NCBI GenBank assembly: GCA_045568075.1
Contig: JBJLBP010000001.1
Location: 630,001-662,000, forward strand
Direction: 5' to 3'
DNA: 32,000 nucleotides
DNA from: Candidatus Thalassarchaeaceae archaeon
Lineage (GTDB): Archaea > Thermoplasmatota > Poseidoniia > Poseidoniales > Thalassarchaeaceae
The notes under the pieces were generated by a model. The model was given only the letters and a program-made list of their open reading frames with translations, was not told the origin of the DNA and did no database searches. A program made the position numbers and the translations under genes. This document shows positions 29,501-32,000 of this stretch, piece by piece (the stretch's first letter is position 1; the number at the start of each line of letters is the position of its first letter).

Positions 29501-31350
29501 TCCTCTATTGGCCTCTCAATGGCCAGCCATTCGCCTTCACCAGGTGGTGGTGGCTCGGTTTCGTTTCCACCACCATTTCCTCCGCCGTCTCCTATCATGG
29601 CTGAGAGAATCATGTTTCCATCGATGATGCCGAAGCCGTATTCATCGTTCCAAGTGTCAGAAGCGTCGGGTTCGGAGGCTTCGCCCCTGGAATCGGAGTT
29701 CTCACGAAGTAAATCTTTGACATCCTGCGGATCGAGAGACATACCTTCTTCATCGGCAATTTGCAGAATAATAGCGACAAAACCAGCCACCGCAGGACAA
29801 GCCATACTCGTCCCACTCAGTTCGACATAACTGTCTTCGGCGAGGGGTTTGGGAGTTCCTGGTAATTGGCTTGAAGATGCAGCATGAGATGCTGAATTCA
29901 TATCCGTCCCTGGAGATACCACATCCGGTTTGAGCTCGTCCTGATCGTCCCCATCCCCATCGTCCTCTCGTGGACCTGAATTCGAGTAAGAAGCGATTGA
30001 GTCATCGCCGCGGTCAACGGTGTCCTTGTCGTCTATTGCTCCAACCGTAATTGAGGCGTCAGCAGCACCTACCGAAGTCACCCTGCGGCGTCCGTCATTG
30101 CCGATTGCAGCGACCGGCACGACGCCTGCTTCTGCTGCTTGGTTCACTGCTCTCGCATCGGCGGCGGTGCCGTTGTCACCGGGGTCGTCGCCGTTAGGAT
30201 CGCCGATGCTTCCGAATGACATCGACATTACTTGGATACCCTCGCTGGAGTCGTTATTTCCCCAATCGGTATCGACATTGGCAGCGACCCAATTTATGCC
30301 TTTGAGAGTAGCAGCAGAGTTGGTTCCGCCAGTGTCTGTCATCACCTTGACATCGACGAGATAGGCACCGGGGGCATAGCCCTGGTGGATGCGTCGTGAA
30401 TCACCAGTCCCGAGTGCAATTCCAGCAACGTGAGTTCCGTGCCCGTCTCCATCGTCGGGGTCATGTGTACCTTCGTTATTGCAGTCGTTCTGGTTGAGGG
30501 AAGTGGCGTCACAACCAGCTATCCACTTGGGGTCAGCAAGGTCATCGGGATCGTTCTCATTATCGTCATTGTCATCAGAGAAATCGTCGAGTGAGAAGTG
30601 CTCGTTATCGACTCCGGTGTCGAGGATTGCAATGACGATGCCCGATCCATCGTAGCCGAAATCACGCATTGTCTCGTCGTATCGGTCTGAGTCGCGGACC
30701 TTCGAACCACGAGGAGCTGAGTCGAGATATGGGGCAAGGACATTCTGTTCCTCGACCATAACGACTCCATCGAGTTGCCAAATTTCAATCAGTGCGCTGA
30801 CTGGAACATGGTCGAGAACGATGGAGTCGAGGATATCCATCTGGAAGAACCACGAGCCCTGCTCTTGCCAGCCGTGGGCTTCGAGAACTTCGCGGAGCGC
30901 TGCAAGATCGCTCGGCCCAGGGTGCCAAGCGTAATCGACGACAATCGCAACCGTATCTTTGCCATCAATGCCAATGATTGCGGTTGACGATACCGACTGG
31001 CGTTGACCAGCGATGATTCGCTGAAGCCGGTCGTCCATACCATCGGAATCGAAGTCATACCAGTAGCCGAACCACCAACCCTCATCCTCGACCGGGATGC
31101 CGGCATCGAAGGGAGGGGAACGGATTGATCGGTCGATTGATTCACACTGAATCTCACCACAAATCAGGGCTGGAGGCCAGTTCGCTGGGCGCTCTTGACC
31201 TACATTCTCAAAGCCTTCAGAATTCTCACCGATTCCTAAGGAATCGACATCATCCTGAGTTGGAAATGCCGAGACGGCGATGCTCATGTCGAGCACCAGT
31301 ATCATCGCCGCAAGGACAATCGGAGTGAGGTCAAGTCGACTTTCAGTCAT
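26515..31350 (-). CDS. Giant type-I membrane subtilisin (S8): propeptide, S8 protease, Ig-like/CARDB domains, repeat (propeller-like) region, TM and cytoplasmic Pro-rich tail ending in a zinc ribbon
   Basis: Signal/anchor: PIVLAAMILVLDMSIAVSA. An I9-like propeptide follows. The catalytic triad contexts are AILDTGVD (D244), GHGTHVAG (H304) and SGTSMACPAVAG (S515). The linker is GGGNGGGNETEPPPP. Two CARDB-like units read VSAEIRNDGDQAATNVVVYL...IDETNNDESIDF and ARVDNLGSTTAEQV...DWSNNQVEW. The TM helix ILLGGVAVAVLLLCTIVLAVL lies at about 27021-26944. The 142-aa tail ends VVCPDCASRFEVGMDLKMTRCPICALRIDL. Confidence 0.9.
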   Translation of the reverse strand: MTESRLDLTPIVLAAMILVLDMSIAVSAFPTQDDVDSLGIGENSEGFENVGQERPANWPPALICGEIQCESIDRSIRSPPFDAGIPVEDEGWWFGYWYDFDSDGMDDRLQRIIAGQRQSVSSTAIIGIDGKDTVAIVVDYAWHPGPSDLAALREVLEAHGWQEQGSWFFQMDILDSIVLDHVPVSALIEIWQLDGVVMVEEQNVLAPYLDSAPRGSKVRDSDRYDETMRDFGYDGSGIVIAILDTGVDNEHFSLDDFSDDNDDNENDPDDLADPKWIAGCDATSLNQNDCNNEGTHDPDDGDGHGTHVAGIALGTGDSRRIHQGYAPGAYLVDVKVMTDTGGTNSAATLKGINWVAANVDTDWGNNDSSEGIQVMSMSFGSIGDPNGDDPGDNGTAADARAVNQAAEAGVVPVAAIGNDGRRRVTSVGAADASITVGAIDDKDTVDRGDDSIASYSNSGPREDDGDGDDQDELKPDVVSPGTDMNSASHAASSSQLPGTPKPLAEDSYVELSGTSMACPAVAGFVAIILQIADEEGMSLDPQDVKDLLRENSDSRGEASEPDASDTWNDEYGFGIIDGNMILSAMIGDGGGNGGGNETEPPPPGEGEWLAIERPIEDSWLVEGETYSVRGHIDEDAETNGSIEEVQVKITYTHKPEGSPTQEEVLVDWHQAQGTVNWTTDFSIPDFTEDEINALEIRISVQARNEWDQWSDTQRQEHEIGRVELTLTSPSGQNSVAGDVRFEGEYETVDGGTLQWRIGKEDWVDETVYAGSGGTTGMFSFNWDSDQHPDGSHRISLRLISGGEVRSEEVRITLEIDNDPPAPDLMFRSGITVSEWGIPLSETFVNSFVDVSAEIRNDGDQAATNVVVYLLEEGTRKYELTIPSIDSGDIVAVTLYWNPLEVGDRQVTIALDPGDSIEEIDETNNDESIDFEVVQRPAGIDLAFATGAITTTPAIPRPGELFQINARVDNLGSTTAEQVDAQLHLHTERGWELTSSTTIPSISGAGSQSVSFALSTEESGPFEFRITLTGPILSDIDWSNNQVEWTALVEKSTVSGGRGMNFQSGEIPVEVIELNGEGIVVGAIDGGLSLYRLNSNHGMTACTNMLEETWSGDFHAVATDDGVAHVVWTRRFLDTSGYLQQTVSYSTIDSACQMTPIQDLMDPILLSDGKYWGIDLDVKGTELLVAGYHRDLLTGGSYQDLTSIFLLEADAPTSSNDWRLTPNVIADIDVVAGQTDPVQIEFGEDIGHILFQSMRNDTTGADRLGLWYAHGDLQHSSWAYKKAVGDEASLPQMRVETVSGEDRLMVAWREGSGLDTRFINMIADDSFNAIGNNSISINARGLSNIIFLENDRGVQVFHDMVGPSGPQVQYGMMNAESGWMSISNRISAGWLHSVSRAPSGDEVAIIHTSSQGWVIRSIIDDSTGDRDRGDILEQLRFNLGLDEGSFNILLGGVAVAVLLLCTIVLAVLSGRAIRWMGGRRRTRAEGVVMLEDDVVDVIDEEDITVEAIDTSSIVEIVEDDSDSGSSRRERRQRRADVAEMAEMAPPMPGMIPPPPAEGAVAQPLPPMGEAPVLPGLPPLNRSVVCPDCASRFEVGMDLKMTRCPICALRIDL

Positions 31351-31368
31351 GGCTCTGCAAGCAGAGCC
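31351..31368 (-). other. 8-bp hairpin GGCTCTGC-AA-GCAGAGCC abutting the S8 start codon
   Basis: The inverted repeat is perfect (31351-31358 / 31361-31368) and sits immediately 5' of ATG 31350..31348 on the minus strand. There is no SD. A TTATA element begins 37 nt upstream of the ATG. Confidence 0.3.
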
Positions 31369-31400
31369 AGCCTAAGTCGGGGTATAAGCCGAACCCGTCG

Positions 31401-31431
31401 AGGTGCCTAAGAGGCGTCCTCATCGGCACCT
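31401..31431 (-). other. Nested symmetric stem-loop AGGTGCC-TAA-GAGG-CGT-CCTC-ATC-GGCACCT, 24 nt downstream of the rhomboid stop
   Basis: A 7-bp outer stem and a 4-bp inner stem are separated by symmetric 3-nt internal loops, as seen directly in the sequence. No T-run follows on the minus strand. Confidence 0.25.
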
Positions 31432-31454
31432 GTTGATGCTTGCGCTTCGTGCAG

Positions 31455-32000
31455 TCAAGGCCATTTGATGTGTCTATTGGAGAGGTCACATCGAAGGCTG
31501 CAATTCTCTCCTTGAACCACAGCATGAACCTCACCCTCGCAGACTGGGCAAATCACTTGCTCGGATAACTCCTCCAACCACGCCCTGCGAGTCTCCAATT
31601 CATCACCTTCGTCACGCAGCCGCTTGAGGATGCGGGCAGCCTCTGCTTCGAGGGGTTTTCCAGCCTCACTCCAGGGGTCTGATTCGAGGCTGCCCATGCG
31701 TGCGGTCGCCACTTCTCTCGCCGCCGTAGAGGCGGCAGTTCCGGCGACCGAGATATCCGTTGAGTCATCGAGTTTCGAGGGCGCTCCTCGAGCGATTGGT
31801 CGGGCGAGCGCCCAAGCCAGCATGAAGCCGCCCACATGCGCCATGTGGGCGACATTCGTGACCGATTGTTCGGCCTCAATTTGGTACATGTTCCAAACCT
31901 CGAGGCCCAATCGGAAAGCTGCGATTCCCCAGACTGGCCAAGCCCGTATGAAGAATAGCAGTGGAAATTCGATTCTATCGTACGGCCAGCAGGCCATGTA
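31455..32000 (-). CDS. Rhomboid-family intramembrane protease (C-terminal part; 5' end outside window) with cytoplasmic tail ending in a zinc ribbon
   Basis: The frame is open to the window edge. The last TM segments read WPVWGIAAFRLGLEVW and NVAHMAHVGGFMLAWALA, which fits the rhomboid TM6 N.AH.GG...G histidine motif. The GxSG serine motif would lie beyond base 32000. The tail ends ICPVCEGEVHAVVQGENCSLRCDL. Confidence 0.55.
   Translation of the reverse strand, partial: YMACWPYDRIEFPLLFFIRAWPVWGIAAFRLGLEVWNMYQIEAEQSVTNVAHMAHVGGFMLAWALARPIARGAPSKLDDSTDISVAGTAASTAAREVATARMGSLESDPWSEAGKPLEAEAARILKRLRDEGDELETRRAWLEELSEQVICPVCEGEVHAVVQGENCSLRCDLSNRHIKWP

Noticed and set aside
29543-29575. A 9-bp inverted repeat (TGGTGGTGG ... 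CCACCACCA) inside the S8 gene.
   Set aside because: It is a by-product of the adjacent Gly-rich (GGN) and Pro-rich (CCN) linker codons encoding GGGNGGGNETEPPPP. It is not an independent structural element.

Overview
This 32 kb window is gene-dense, about 90% coding, and mostly housekeeping. I saw no transposase, integrase, CRISPR array or long DNA repeat.

Gene order, left to right:
- mutS (3' end) and mutL on the + strand.
- A minus-strand block: an RsuA-type pseudouridine synthase, aroA, a DUF4105 membrane protein, tRNA-Ser(GCU), gyrA and gyrB.
- aroD on the + strand.
- A minus-strand pair: a 1370-aa secreted HExxH/PKD surface protein plus a 294-aa companion.
- A + strand operon: membrane-anchored glutaminyl cyclase, a beta-sandwich membrane protein, and a thymidylate-kinase-like protein with a roughly 250-aa unknown extension.
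- A DUF2085 membrane protein and a divergently transcribed membrane-embedded Smr-domain protein.
- sufC-sufB-sufD on the - strand, divergent from an Nfu-like gene and a DtxR-family repressor.
- A minus-strand block: rhomboid (partial), a 1611-aa subtilisin/CARDB type-I membrane protein, and maf.

Translation and transcription signals:
- Most genes carry GGAGG/GAGGTGA Shine-Dalgarno sites.
- Several tightly packed junctions suggest translational coupling.
- Three transcription units (tRNA-Ser, gyrB, aroD) have a TTAA(A/G)C-type box about 30 nt upstream, which is archaeal TATA geometry.

Likely source: the gene content (bacterial-type MutSL and gyrase, SufBCD only, very acidic giant surface proteases) and these promoters make a marine planktonic euryarchaeote (MGII/Poseidoniales-like) my best guess. 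This is inference and cannot be proven from the window.

Most notable observations:
1. aroA is interrupted by three clustered +1 shifts that net to zero, which explains its in-frame TGA.
2. A rhomboid with a C-terminal zinc ribbon sits directly upstream of a giant single-pass S8 protease that also ends in a cytoplasmic zinc ribbon. The cytoplasmic tail of that protease resembles the tail of the PKD giant 10 kb away.
3. An Smr nuclease-like domain is embedded between transmembrane helix pairs.
4. An unannotated 55-codon Cys-rich ORF follows sufD.
5. Candidate operators: a 26-bp palindrome at the gyrB promoter and a 19-bp palindrome in the suf/nfu-dtxR divergent region.

I found no convincing complete novel multi-gene system. 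The rhomboid/S8/tail-motif module is the best candidate.
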